Shown here: piece by piece, positions 28,192 through 37,958 of the stretch
Layout: every line of letters starts with the position of its first letter
Position numbering within the stretch: position 1 is the stretch's first letter
Origin: an uncultured Candidatus Rokubacteria bacterium
Lineage (GTDB): Bacteria > Methylomirabilota > Methylomirabilia > Rokubacteriales > CSP1-6
Assembly: GCA_963754315.1 (NCBI GenBank)
Contig: CAVWFS010000019.1
Location: 192,001-256,000, forward strand
Direction: 5' to 3'
DNA: 64,000 nt
The notes under the pieces: generated by a model
Databases searched by the model: none
Told to the model about the DNA's origin: nothing
What the model saw: the letters and a program-made list of their open reading frames with translations, nothing else
Translations under genes and position numbers: made by a program

Positions 28192-29553
28192 ATGGCCGGT
28201 GAGCACCTGCTCATCGTCGATGACGAGCACGCCATCCAGGCCTCGTTACGGGGGGTGCTGGAGGACGAGGGCTATCGCGTCGCCGCTGTGGGCAATGGCG
28301 CCGACGCGCTGCGCGCCCTGGCCGAGGAGGTGCCTGACCTGGTGTTCCTCGACATCTGGATGCCGGGTCAGGACGGCCTGGAAACCCTGGGCGAGATCAG
28401 GCGCCAGCGGCCGCAGGTGGCGGTCATCATGATTTCGGGGCACGCCACCATCGAGACGGCCGTCAAGGCGATCCACCTCGGCGCTTACGATTTCATCGAG
28501 AAGCCGCTATCCCTCGAGAAGGTTCTGCTCACCGTGAATCGCGCCCTGGAGCACGCGCGGCTCGCCCGAGAGAACGAGACCTTGCGAGCGCGGCTCGATG
28601 ACCGTATCGAGATTACCGGCGACAGCCCCCTCGTGCGAGCTCTGCGCGAGCAGATCGCCATTGCGGCGCCCAGCATGGGGCGCGTCCTGATCCAAGGCGA
28701 GAACGGGAGCGGCAAAGAACTGGTAGCCCGCGCCATCCACGGCCTGTCCGCCCGCGCCGACCGGCCCTTCGTCGAGGTCAACTGCGCGGCCATCCCTGAG
28801 GAGCTGATCGAGTCCGAGCTGTTCGGGCACGAAAAAGGCGCCTTCACGGGAGCCCTGGCCCGACGGCGGGGACGTTTCGAGCTGGCCGACGGAGGCACCC
28901 TCTTCCTCGATGAAGTGGGCGACATGAGCCTCAAGACCCAGGCCAAGGTCCTGCGCGCGCTGGAGGAACAGTCCTTTGAGCGTATCGGCGGTCGCGAGAC
29001 CATCAAGGTCGACGTCCGCATCATCGCCGCCTCCAACCGTGACCTGCCGGGCCTCATCGGCCAGGGACGGTTTCGGGAGGATCTCTACTATCGCCTCAAC
29101 GTGATCCCCATCGAGGTGCCGGCCTTGCGCACTCGCCGGCAGGACATCCCCCCCCTCATCGACCACTTCCTGGCGGTCTTCTGCGCGGAGAACGGCAAGC
29201 GACCCAAGTCGATCTCGGCAGATGCCCTCGCCTACTTCCTCGCCTACGACTGGCCCGGCAACGTGCGAGAGCTGCGCAACATGGTGGAGCGATTGGTCAT
29301 CATGACAGCGGGGGACATGGTGGCCCCCGACGATCTCCCCACTCCTCTGCGCCCCAAGTCGGTAGCGCCCACTGCCCTCGACGGCCGCGACGCGACCCTG
29401 AAGGAAGCGCGCGACAACTTCGAGCGCGCCTATATTCTGGCTGAGCTACGCGCCCACGACTGGAACATGACGCGCACGGCAGAGCGGCTCGGCATCGAGC
29501 GCAGCCATCTCTACCGGAAGGTCAAGGCCTACAAGATCACGACCCCCAAGTAG
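28192..29553 (+). CDS. ntrX: sigma54-dependent response regulator (NtrX-like)
   Basis: Receiver LDIWMPG, GENGSGKE, intact GAFTGA, WPGNVRELRN, C-terminal Fis-type HTH. Confidence 0.9.
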   Translation: MAGEHLLIVDDEHAIQASLRGVLEDEGYRVAAVGNGADALRALAEEVPDLVFLDIWMPGQDGLETLGEIRRQRPQVAVIMISGHATIETAVKAIHLGAYDFIEKPLSLEKVLLTVNRALEHARLARENETLRARLDDRIEITGDSPLVRALREQIAIAAPSMGRVLIQGENGSGKELVARAIHGLSARADRPFVEVNCAAIPEELIESELFGHEKGAFTGALARRRGRFELADGGTLFLDEVGDMSLKTQAKVLRALEEQSFERIGGRETIKVDVRIIAASNRDLPGLIGQGRFREDLYYRLNVIPIEVPALRTRRQDIPPLIDHFLAVFCAENGKRPKSISADALAYFLAYDWPGNVRELRNMVERLVIMTAGDMVAPDDLPTPLRPKSVAPTALDGRDATLKEARDNFERAYILAELRAHDWNMTRTAERLGIERSHLYRKVKAYKITTPK

Positions 29554-29564
29554 TGCCGTCAGCG

Positions 29565-30506
29565 CTATCCGGTGTGACTGGCCGCGGACATGAACGGCAA
29601 GACATCGCGCGCGAACCGCTCGAGCATCCCGGAGTCCGGAAAGTCCGCAAACCCTAGCATGAGATCGGTGGCACCCGCCGCTGCGTAGTCGGCAATGCGA
29701 GCCGCAATCGCGGCCCCTTCGCCCACTAATGCGGTTTCCAACAGTGGGTGGTCGGGCCCGATCCCACGCGCCCGGCAAAAAGCCTCGCAGGCGCCGGGAA
29801 GGTGGGCGGCCGACGCCAACACGACGTCCAACTCGACCGAGCGCCGGAAGCCAGCGAGGGGACGGCCGTACGCTTCGAGTCGGTCGTGGACGACTGCCCA
29901 GCGCGCGGCGAAGGCGGCTGGGGTCAGGTATGACGCCTCCCACCCGTCGGCACAGCGGGCAGCGGCGGCGAGGGCAGCCGGCCCCATGGCCGCGATCCAT
30001 ACCGGGGGAGCGGGACGCTGAACGGGCGTGGGAGCGAGGGTGGCTCCGAACAGGCGCCAGTGAGTTCCCTCGTGGTCAACCCGCTCGCCGGTCCACAGGG
30101 CGCGCACCACGGCCACTGCCTCTTCGACCATGGCGACCCGTACACGGGCGTCAGGATAGGTGATGCCGTGGTCCGTCCAGGTCCGAGCCGCCTCTCGATC
30201 CTCCGCGCCGATGCCAAGCCGGAGCTCAGCGCGTCCGCCTGACAGGTGGTCAAGGGTGGTCGTGCGTTTGGCGAGCCACGAGGGATGGTGGGCGGCCGCG
30301 TCGAAGGCATAGGTCACGGCGCAGCCGAGGCGTGCGTGCCGCGTCAGGGCGGCCAGCGCCCCTAGGGCGGTCCAGCCGTCGAGCGTCCAACCGCCGAGGC
30401 CGTCGCCGTAGGTAATCCGTGTGAAGCCGAGTTCGTCGACTGCGCCCCAGTAGCGGCGCAGAGCGTCGACGTCGGTCCCCCACGTCTGCACACCAATCCC
30501 GAGCAT
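29565..30506 (-). CDS. LLM-class flavin/F420-dependent oxidoreductase
   Basis: DGWTALGALA, TLDHLSGGRAELRLGIG, PVQRPAPPVWIA. Confidence 0.82.
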   Translation of the reverse strand: MLGIGVQTWGTDVDALRRYWGAVDELGFTRITYGDGLGGWTLDGWTALGALAALTRHARLGCAVTYAFDAAAHHPSWLAKRTTTLDHLSGGRAELRLGIGAEDREAARTWTDHGITYPDARVRVAMVEEAVAVVRALWTGERVDHEGTHWRLFGATLAPTPVQRPAPPVWIAAMGPAALAAAARCADGWEASYLTPAAFAARWAVVHDRLEAYGRPLAGFRRSVELDVVLASAAHLPGACEAFCRARGIGPDHPLLETALVGEGAAIAARIADYAAAGATDLMLGFADFPDSGMLERFARDVLPFMSAASHTG

Positions 30507-30526
30507 GTCGACCGAAAGCTCAAGGG

Positions 30527-31693
30527 CTACAGCGCCCGATACACTTCCGTCTCGAACTGCCCGAACAGATCGATGGCCGTCGCGTCGTAGAACGGCAGGA
30601 CTTGCGAGAGAAACACGCCCGCCACCCGACGCGTGCGATCGATCCAGAAGTACGTATTGGCCAGCCCCGCCCACGCCAGGCTCCCGGCCGAGCGGCCGGT
30701 CGGCGCCTGGGCGGTGTTGATCAGAAAGCTCAGACCCCACTTCTTACTCATGCCCGGGAAGAGCTCGACGTCGTTGGAGAGCGATGGCGCGGCGGTGCGG
30801 AACGCGCCGATCTCGATGTTGCCGATGTTGTTCTGGACCATGAGCGCGACCGTCTCCGGCTTCAGCACGCGAGCACCGTGAAGGGCGCCGTCCAGCATGA
30901 TCATCCGCGCGAAGGCCAGGTAGTCGGCCGCCGTGCCGTACAGTCCGCCGCCGCCCATGAGGAATTCTGGATCCTGTGGCAACTCGAACTCGATCGGGCC
31001 CAGCATTCCGTCCGCGCCTCGCTGATGCACGCTGGCCAGACGGCCTCGCTGGGACGGCGACAGCTTGAAGGAGGTGTCTTTCATGCCGAGGGGTTGGAAG
31101 ATTTTCTCCCGGAAGTACTGGTCGAGTTTCGCGCCGCTCGCCTTCTCCACCATCTTGCCGGCCCAATCGATGCTGATCCCGTACTCCCACCGGTCGCCGG
31201 GGTCGAACATCAACGGCGTGGTCAAGGCGGCGTTCGTGCACGTGATAATGCCGGGGGTGCCGGTCGCCGTCTGATACTGCGCGACGGCGGGGTTCCAGAT
31301 CTCATAGCTGAAACCCGCGGTATGCGTCAGCAGATGGCGGAGGGTGATGGGACGCGCCGGGGCCCGCAGGCGCGGCTTTCCGGACGAGTCGAAGCCTTCG
31401 ATGACTTTGGCCTGGCCGAGTTCCGGGACGATGTCTTGCGCCGGGCGGTCGAGGTTGAGCACGCCTTTCTCGACCAGTTGCATGGCGGCGACCGCGGTGA
31501 TGGCCTTCGTCATGGAGGCGATCCACACGACCGTGTCGTGGGTCATGGGTGCGTCCTTGCCAAGCTCTCGCTTGCCGAAGGCGCCCTCGTACAGAATGTC
31601 CTTGTCGGTGGCGGCCGCCGCCACCACACCCGGCATCGCCCGCGACTCGACGGCCTTGCGCAAGAGCGTGTCGATCCTCTCAAGGGTTGCCAT
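30527..31693 (-). CDS. Serine hydrolase, beta-lactamase/esterase family
   Basis: SxxK in IASMTK, LLTHTAG, WEYG, GGGGLY, WAGLANTYFWID; GGAGG SD. Confidence 0.9.
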   Translation of the reverse strand: MATLERIDTLLRKAVESRAMPGVVAAAATDKDILYEGAFGKRELGKDAPMTHDTVVWIASMTKAITAVAAMQLVEKGVLNLDRPAQDIVPELGQAKVIEGFDSSGKPRLRAPARPITLRHLLTHTAGFSYEIWNPAVAQYQTATGTPGIITCTNAALTTPLMFDPGDRWEYGISIDWAGKMVEKASGAKLDQYFREKIFQPLGMKDTSFKLSPSQRGRLASVHQRGADGMLGPIEFELPQDPEFLMGGGGLYGTAADYLAFARMIMLDGALHGARVLKPETVALMVQNNIGNIEIGAFRTAAPSLSNDVELFPGMSKKWGLSFLINTAQAPTGRSAGSLAWAGLANTYFWIDRTRRVAGVFLSQVLPFYDATAIDLFGQFETEVYRAL

Positions 31694-31805
31694 GGTTGCC
31701 TCCTCGTATTCGAGACTCAGGCTTCCTGCGCACGCGCCCGCACGCTCAGTGTATCCGAGTCGCGGCATAGTGAGCGCCTGGCGTGCGCGTCCAACCCGAA
31801 GCCCC

Positions 31806-32954
31806 TTAGCGGAGGTCGTGGAAGAAGGCGCGGATGTCGGCGGCGAGTGCGTCAGGCTCCTCGAGGGCGGCGAAGTGGCCGCCGGCCGCCATCTCGGTCC
31901 AGCGTCGGATGTTGTAGACCCGTTCGGCCCAGGCGCGCGGTGGGTGCAGGATCTCGCGGGGAAAAGCGGCATAGGCGGTCGGCGCGGTGACCCGCTGCCC
32001 ATCGGGAATGGGCCATCCCTGATGGGTACGCGCGTAGTAGGGCCAGAACGACGAGTTGATGGCCCCTGTGATCCAGTAGAGCATGATGTTGGTCAGCAAC
32101 GTATCCTTGGAAAATCGGCGCTCCACCTCGCCGCCGCAGTCGCTCCACGTCCGGAACTTCTCCACGATCCACGCAGCGAGCCCCACCGGGGAATCGGTCA
32201 GCCCGTACGCCAACGTTTGCGGCTTCGTGCCTTGGATCCACTGGTAGCCAGTCTCCTCGCGCAGCCAGTGCTGGAGTTGTTGTGCATAGGCTTTTTCGTC
32301 GGCGGTGGGCTCTGATGGCGACGCGAGGTCACGGCGGACCGCCAGAAGATTCACGTGGATGCCGGCCAACCTGTCGGGATAGATGGCCCCCAGCCGCGAG
32401 GTGATGAAAGCACCCCAGTCGCCGCCCTGGGCGGCAAATCGCCGATAGCCGAGCGCATCGGTCATCAAGGTCGCGAAGACATCGGCAATCTCGACCACCC
32501 CGAAGCGGGGCTGGTCGGGCCGAAACGAGAAGGCGTAACCGGGCAGCGACGGCGCCACCACGGTAAAGGCGTCGGCGGGATCGCCGCCGAAGCGCCCGGG
32601 ATCCGTCAGGCGCGGGATCAAGGCCTCGAACTCGACGATCGACCCCGGCCATCCGTGCGAGAGCAGGAGAGGAAGCGGTGCTGGCCCCACCCCGGGCTCG
32701 TGAATGAAGTGCAGATCGATGCCGTTGATCGGTATCGTGAACTGTCGCAGTCGGTTGAGCCGCGCCTCGTGCGTCCTCCAGTCGTAGCGCTCGCGCCAGT
32801 AGGCAACCAGACTCTTCATGTAGGAGAGGTCCGTGCCGTAGCGCCAGTCGCCGGCGGGAATCTCGTCCGGCCAGCGGACACGCTCGAGACGGGCGCGCAG
32901 GTCGACCAAAACATCGTCGCCGACGCGAATGGTGAACGGACGGGGAGTGGTCAT
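31806..32954 (-). CDS. Epoxide hydrolase (EHN domain + alpha/beta hydrolase)
   Basis: YDWR, HGWPGS, SLPGY, QGGDWG, DSPVGLAAWI, GGHFAALE. Confidence 0.92.
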   Translation of the reverse strand: MTTPRPFTIRVGDDVLVDLRARLERVRWPDEIPAGDWRYGTDLSYMKSLVAYWRERYDWRTHEARLNRLRQFTIPINGIDLHFIHEPGVGPAPLPLLLSHGWPGSIVEFEALIPRLTDPGRFGGDPADAFTVVAPSLPGYAFSFRPDQPRFGVVEIADVFATLMTDALGYRRFAAQGGDWGAFITSRLGAIYPDRLAGIHVNLLAVRRDLASPSEPTADEKAYAQQLQHWLREETGYQWIQGTKPQTLAYGLTDSPVGLAAWIVEKFRTWSDCGGEVERRFSKDTLLTNIMLYWITGAINSSFWPYYARTHQGWPIPDGQRVTAPTAYAAFPREILHPPRAWAERVYNIRRWTEMAAGGHFAALEEPDALAADIRAFFHDLR

Positions 32955-33006
32955 AGAACCCTCGCAAGGGCAGTCGCCCGGTCGCGCCAGTGCGCATAAC
33001 GGGACA

Positions 33007-33855
33007 TCATGAAGGTCGAGTCTCGTCGAGAAACTGCTCCAGCAGGTTTCCGGCCACCGCGCGGCGATAGCGTTCGGTAGAGCGGATGTCGTCGATGGGA
33101 GCGACCTCGGCGTCGAGCAGGGTGCGAGCCCTTCCGCGATCGATCGCGTCGTGACGTCGGCCCCGTAAATAGTCGGCCGTGCGGCGGGCCTCCAGCACCG
33201 TCGGGGCCATGCTCCCGAGGGCAATGCGCACATCGTCGAGCCGCCCGTCCTGCCAGCGGGCGAGCCCTGCCAAGCACACCTTGCTGATGGCTTGTGCGCT
33301 TCGCGTTCCGACCTTGCGGTAGAAACCACGTGCGCCTCGCTGGTTCGGCAGCCGAACTCGAGTGATCAGCTCCCCCGGCTCCCGCCGCGTGGCTTTATAC
33401 CCAACGTGAAATTCTCGATACGGTAGCCAGCGCGTGGCACGGCTGCTGGCCAGTTCGATCTGGGCGTCGTACACCAGCAGGACCGGCGGCGTGTCGGCGG
33501 CGGGGGAAGCGTTGGCGATATTGCCCCCCAGGGTGCCGCGATTCTGTACAGCCCAGGCGCCACTCACGTGCGCGGCCTGGGCCAGGAGCGGGTAACGCTC
33601 GACAACGACGGACGAGACGACCATGTCGGTGTATGTCGTCAGGGCGCCGAGGATCAGGCTGTCATCATCCTCACTGATGCCACGCAGTTCGGATAGGCCT
33701 CGGATGTCCACGAACGGCGCCGCCTCGAGGGTCCCGAAACGCATGAGCACCATCAGATCCGTCCCACCCGCAAACGGGACTGCCTGAGGCTTGTCGAAGA
33801 GAATGGCCAGCGCTTCCTCAAGGGTCCTGGGCGTGTGCCAGTTCGCCCCTGTCAT
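33007..33855 (-). CDS. Xanthine dehydrogenase family FAD-binding subunit
   Basis: AGGTDL, NRGTLGGNIANASPAAD, PIDDIRSTERYR. Confidence 0.9.
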   Translation of the reverse strand: MTGANWHTPRTLEEALAILFDKPQAVPFAGGTDLMVLMRFGTLEAAPFVDIRGLSELRGISEDDDSLILGALTTYTDMVVSSVVVERYPLLAQAAHVSGAWAVQNRGTLGGNIANASPAADTPPVLLVYDAQIELASSRATRWLPYREFHVGYKATRREPGELITRVRLPNQRGARGFYRKVGTRSAQAISKVCLAGLARWQDGRLDDVRIALGSMAPTVLEARRTADYLRGRRHDAIDRGRARTLLDAEVAPIDDIRSTERYRRAVAGNLLEQFLDETRPS

Positions 33856-34331
33856 GCGTGGCTCTCCTGACCCCCCCGGGCCGCCTGCAGCACCGCACGC
33901 TGAATGGCGGTGTAGCCGGTGCAGCGGCACAGGTTTCCGGCCAGGGCTTCCCGGACCTCGGCGGCCGTGGGCTGCGGGCAGGCCAGGAGAAGCGCATGGG
34001 CGGCCAACACGATTCCCGGCGTGCAGATGCCACACTGGATACCGCCGGCGGCGACCATCGCCTCCTGGATAGAAGAGAGGCCCTCGGCCTGCTCGGCGGT
34101 CAGCCCCTCGATGGTCAACACAGTGGCGCCGCCCATCTGTCCCATGGGGATGAGGCAGCTGAGCGCGAGCAGGCCGTCGATGAGGACGGAGCATGAGCCG
34201 CACTCGCCCTCGCCACACCCCTCCTTGACGCCCGTGAGGCTCCGGTCCTCGCGCAGGAAATCGAGCAAGCGCCTGAGCGGATCGACGTCGGCGCCGATGG
34301 GCGCGCCGTTGATGGTCAGGTCGATGTGCAT
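33852..34331 (-). CDS. Xanthine dehydrogenase family 2Fe-2S subunit
   Basis: KEGCGEGECGSC, QCGICTPG, GNLCRCTGY. Confidence 0.93.
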   Translation of the reverse strand: MHIDLTINGAPIGADVDPLRRLLDFLREDRSLTGVKEGCGEGECGSCSVLIDGLLALSCLIPMGQMGGATVLTIEGLTAEQAEGLSSIQEAMVAAGGIQCGICTPGIVLAAHALLLACPQPTAAEVREALAGNLCRCTGYTAIQRAVLQAARGGQESHA

Positions 34332-34338
34332 CTGCGGC

Positions 34339-36534
34339 TCAGGCGGACGGCGCCCTTCCGAGCGCGTTCAGCACGACTTCTGGTAAGGCTGGAATCGAGG
34401 CGATCTTCGTCCCCAACGCCATGTTGACCGCGTTGACGACGGCGGGCGCTGTCCCATCGAGGGGCAGTTCGCCGAGCCCTTTGGCGCCGAACGGTCCGCT
34501 TGCCAGCGGGACCTCCAGGAAGCGCACATAGACCTCGGGCATGTCGGCGCTGGTCGGAATGATGTAGTTGGTGAGCCGGGGATTAGCCATGACCCCGTTC
34601 TCCCACACCACGTGCTCGTAGAGAGCGAAGCCGATCCCCTGGGCCACACCTCCCTCGATCTGTCCGCGCGCGATGACGGGATGGATGACGCGCCCCACCT
34701 CCTGTATGGCATGGAAGTCAGTGACCGTGACCTCGCCGGTTCGCGTGTCCACCACCACCTCGGCCACGTAGCAGGCCCAACCGTAGCCTGCGTAGGCATC
34801 GCCCGTAAACTTCTTCTCGTCCCACCCCCGGCCCTGGGGCGGGTGGTACCGCATCATCACCGTCAGCGGTCCATGCTCGACCGCGTACCGGCGCGCGGCA
34901 GCCCGAAAGTCCGCGACCGAGTGCTGCTGGGGTAACCCGGCCTGCTCACGGAGGGCTTCCAGCAGGTCTCTGCCTGCCCGCACCAAGAGGCTGCCCACGA
35001 CCATGGCCGTCCGTGAGGCCACGGTGGGCCCACTGTCCGGCACGACCGCGGTGTCGGGTGCGGCCGCCGCGATCATGGTCAACGGGAGGCCGAGCGTCTC
35101 GCTCACGATTTGCGAATGCGTGGTGGTCGAGCCTTGTCCGATCTCCGCGCTCGAGGCGAGGATGGTCACCGTTCCATCCGGGGATAGCTGCAGCCCTGCC
35201 TGCGAGGCCAGGGTGATCTCGCCATTGCCGGTAAACCCGGCACCGTGCATGAATGCCGCCACGCCGATTCCACGCTTGACGTGAGACGAGCCACGGTTGG
35301 CGGTGACACAGGCTATGCGCTTCTCCGCGTAGCGGCTCTCGGCCAGCGCAGTGTCGACCACGTGACCCACGTCCACCCCAGCATCCACGGCCTGGCCGGT
35401 CGCAGTGAGGTCGCCGGGGCGCAGCAGGTTACGCTGCCTGAACTCGACCGCATCGAGACCGAGGGCACGCGCGACCCGATCGAGATGCACCTCCAGCGCG
35501 AAAATACTCTGCGGGGCCCCGAAGCCCCTGAAGGCCCCATGGGGAGGATAGCTCGTGGCCATGACCCGGCCCTTCACCCGAACGTTCGGCCACCGATAGG
35601 GGCCGGGTGCATGGATCAGGGCGCGCGACAGCACCACGGGGCTCAGGGTGAGGTAGGCCCCGCCGTCGAGGACGATCTCTGTCTCGAGCGCGGTGAGACG
35701 ACCATCCCGAGTCACGCCCGTTCGGTGCCGGATGCGCGAGGGATGGCGCTTGGTCGTCGCCGTCATATCCTCCATCCGGTCGTACACCAGCTTCACGGGC
35801 CGCCCCGACTTCACTGCCAGCAGCGCCGCGTGCCCGGCGATGATGGACGGGTACTCCTCCTTGCCGCCAAATCCGCCGCCCGTCGCGGACTGGATAACTC
35901 GCACTCGCTCGGGCGGAAGACCGAGCAGCAGCGCGACGGCCGGCTGGACGTAGTAGGGACACTGGAGCGAGCCGCGAACGGTGACGCTGCCGTCGGGATG
36001 CGGCTCCGCCAGCATGCCTTGCGGCTCGATGTACACGTGCTCCTGGGCTCCCGTCTCGTACGTGCCCTCCACGATCAGATCGGCCTCAGCAAGTCCCGCT
36101 TCCACGCTTCCCTTCTCGAGACTGCGCGAGAGGAACTCTCTGCGGGATTGATCGATCGACAGCACAGGATCCTCGGGTGTGATCACAAGGCGAACCCCGC
36201 GCACGGCCCGGGCCAGGACCTCGCGATCCTCGTGAGCGAGGAGCACCACGGGTTCCTCGCGATGGCGGATCTCGTCCTCGACCAGGAAGGGTTGCTCGAG
36301 ATCGATCAGCTTCACCCGGTTGGTCCCGGGCACGTCGGCGGCGGTGACGACAACGATCTCATCCCAGGGCAGCCCCTTCTCGAACTCGATTCGCTCCAAG
36401 CGGCCCCTGGGGACCGGCGACCGAACTGTCCGGCCATGGAGCATCCCCTCACACGCGAGGTCATCCACGTAGCGAGCACGGCCAGTGACCTTGTCAAATC
36501 CGTCCCGGCGGGGAACATTGGCACCGACACTCAT
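34339..36534 (-). CDS. Xanthine dehydrogenase family molybdopterin-binding subunit
   Basis: KVTGRARY, GGGFGGKE, AFRGFG, EIGQG, TVASR, GQIEGG, KGLGE; ATG at 36534. Confidence 0.92.
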   Translation of the reverse strand: MSVGANVPRRDGFDKVTGRARYVDDLACEGMLHGRTVRSPVPRGRLERIEFEKGLPWDEIVVVTAADVPGTNRVKLIDLEQPFLVEDEIRHREEPVVLLAHEDREVLARAVRGVRLVITPEDPVLSIDQSRREFLSRSLEKGSVEAGLAEADLIVEGTYETGAQEHVYIEPQGMLAEPHPDGSVTVRGSLQCPYYVQPAVALLLGLPPERVRVIQSATGGGFGGKEEYPSIIAGHAALLAVKSGRPVKLVYDRMEDMTATTKRHPSRIRHRTGVTRDGRLTALETEIVLDGGAYLTLSPVVLSRALIHAPGPYRWPNVRVKGRVMATSYPPHGAFRGFGAPQSIFALEVHLDRVARALGLDAVEFRQRNLLRPGDLTATGQAVDAGVDVGHVVDTALAESRYAEKRIACVTANRGSSHVKRGIGVAAFMHGAGFTGNGEITLASQAGLQLSPDGTVTILASSAEIGQGSTTTHSQIVSETLGLPLTMIAAAAPDTAVVPDSGPTVASRTAMVVGSLLVRAGRDLLEALREQAGLPQQHSVADFRAAARRYAVEHGPLTVMMRYHPPQGRGWDEKKFTGDAYAGYGWACYVAEVVVDTRTGEVTVTDFHAIQEVGRVIHPVIARGQIEGGVAQGIGFALYEHVVWENGVMANPRLTNYIIPTSADMPEVYVRFLEVPLASGPFGAKGLGELPLDGTAPAVVNAVNMALGTKIASIPALPEVVLNALGRAPSA

Positions 36535-36621
36535 GGCGTCAACGTACAGTTCCTTGCGGCAGCGCTCAAGTTGCCTCGAGGCCGGCACGGGTAGCACCAT
36601 CAGGCGCCGCAAAGGTCACGG

Positions 36622-36650
36622 TTGACCTGCCCGTCATCTGCTCATAACGT
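36622..36650 (+). promoter_or_regulatory. sigma70-type promoter for the ABC/puuD operon
   Basis: TTGACC, 17 nt, TAACGT. Confidence 0.45.
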
Positions 36651-36760
36651 AGGCTGACCCGAAGCCCCAGCGCTCGGTGTTTGAGCACGTGAGAATGCGT
36701 AGCCGGTCAGAAATGCGCGGAACCGTTCGCTCCCACCCGGGCACGGCCCTTGCCTAGGTA

Positions 36761-36845
36761 CCCGCGTGATATCGAGGAGGGCCCCGGGTCCCCCGGGGCC
36801 CTCCGAGCGTGGGGGGTTTGGGGGGTGAAGTTGGACCCCCCATCT
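36761..36845 (+). repeat. Single complete copy of the two-hairpin element
   Basis: GGAGGGCCCCGGG-TCC-CCCGGGGCCCTCC, GAGCG, GGGGGGTTTGGGGGG-TGAAGTTGGA-CCCCCCATCTTCA. Confidence 0.88.
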
Positions 36846-36865
36846 TCAAAAGGAGGCTGGAAGAG

Positions 36866-37900
36866 ATGACTTTTCGCATCTTCTTCACCCGCGCCCTTGC
36901 CGTGACCGTCTCGGTCGGGGTCATGGTGGTGACCCTCTCACCCGCCGAAGCCCAGACCAAGGTTCGGTTTGCGCTGGACTGGCAGATCCAGGGGCCGCAA
37001 GCGCCCTTCATCTCCGCCAAGGTCCTGGGGGCGTTCAGCGGGGCCGGGCTCGACGTCACCATCGACCGCGGCACGGGCTCCCAGAAGACCATCGAACAGG
37101 TCGCCACCGGCACCTACGACATCGGCTACGGCGATATCAACTCGATGATCGAGTACAACGTCAAGAACCCCGGAAACCCGCTGGTGGCCGTCTATATGGT
37201 CCTCAACACCCCTCCCTTCTCCCTCCTCTCGTTGAAGAAGTATGGCGTCAAGGGCCCCAAGGATCTGCAGGGGTTCAGCATCGGCGCGCCGGCGGGAGAT
37301 GCCCCCCGACGGCTCTGGCCCATCTTCGCCAAGAACGTCGGGCTCCCCCCCGACAGCGTGACGTGGACGAACATGGCGCCGCCCCTCCGGGAGCCGGCCC
37401 TGGTGAAGGGAGACGTCAAGGCCATCTCTGGGTTCTATTTCACGGGCTTCCTGAATCTCACCGAGAACCTCAAGGTGCCAGAGGCTGACGTGGTCGCCTT
37501 CAAGTACAGCGATTACGGCATCGACCTCTACGGCAACGCGGTGGTCGTCCGCGTGGACTGGTTGAAGGCGAACCAAGAGACTCTCCGTAAGTTCGTGGCT
37601 GCGGTCAACACAGGCATGAAGTTCGCCCTCAAGGACCCGCAGGGGGCCATCGCTCACATCAAGTCGGCCGAGCCGCTCGTCAACGAGGCGACCGAGCTCA
37701 AGCGGCTGCAGCTGGCCATTTCGGCCAACATGGTGAATGCGGAGGTAAAGCGCGATGGCCTAGGCGGGATCGATCCCGCCCGCATGCAGCGCGCGATCGG
37801 CCAGGTCGTCCAGGCCTTCGAGCTCACGTCGACGCCGACGGTGGCCCAGGTATTCGACACATCCTACCTGCCCCCGGTGGCCGTGCGGAAACTCCAGTAG
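36866..37900 (+). CDS. ABC substrate-binding protein, NMT1/THI5-like
   Basis: Signal peptide, FALDW, GLDVTIDRGTGS, DLYGN; AGGAGG SD. Confidence 0.88.
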   Translation: MTFRIFFTRALAVTVSVGVMVVTLSPAEAQTKVRFALDWQIQGPQAPFISAKVLGAFSGAGLDVTIDRGTGSQKTIEQVATGTYDIGYGDINSMIEYNVKNPGNPLVAVYMVLNTPPFSLLSLKKYGVKGPKDLQGFSIGAPAGDAPRRLWPIFAKNVGLPPDSVTWTNMAPPLREPALVKGDVKAISGFYFTGFLNLTENLKVPEADVVAFKYSDYGIDLYGNAVVVRVDWLKANQETLRKFVAAVNTGMKFALKDPQGAIAHIKSAEPLVNEATELKRLQLAISANMVNAEVKRDGLGGIDPARMQRAIGQVVQAFELTSTPTVAQVFDTSYLPPVAVRKLQ

Positions 37901-37958
37901 CGATTACCCAGGTCGCCCGCAGCGATATGATCGGGCTCGACGGATAGCCTCCGGCGAT

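Noticed and set aside
30527..31693. Antibiotic-resistance beta-lactamase
   Set aside because: No signal peptide; motifs fit cytoplasmic family VIII esterase-like serine hydrolases.
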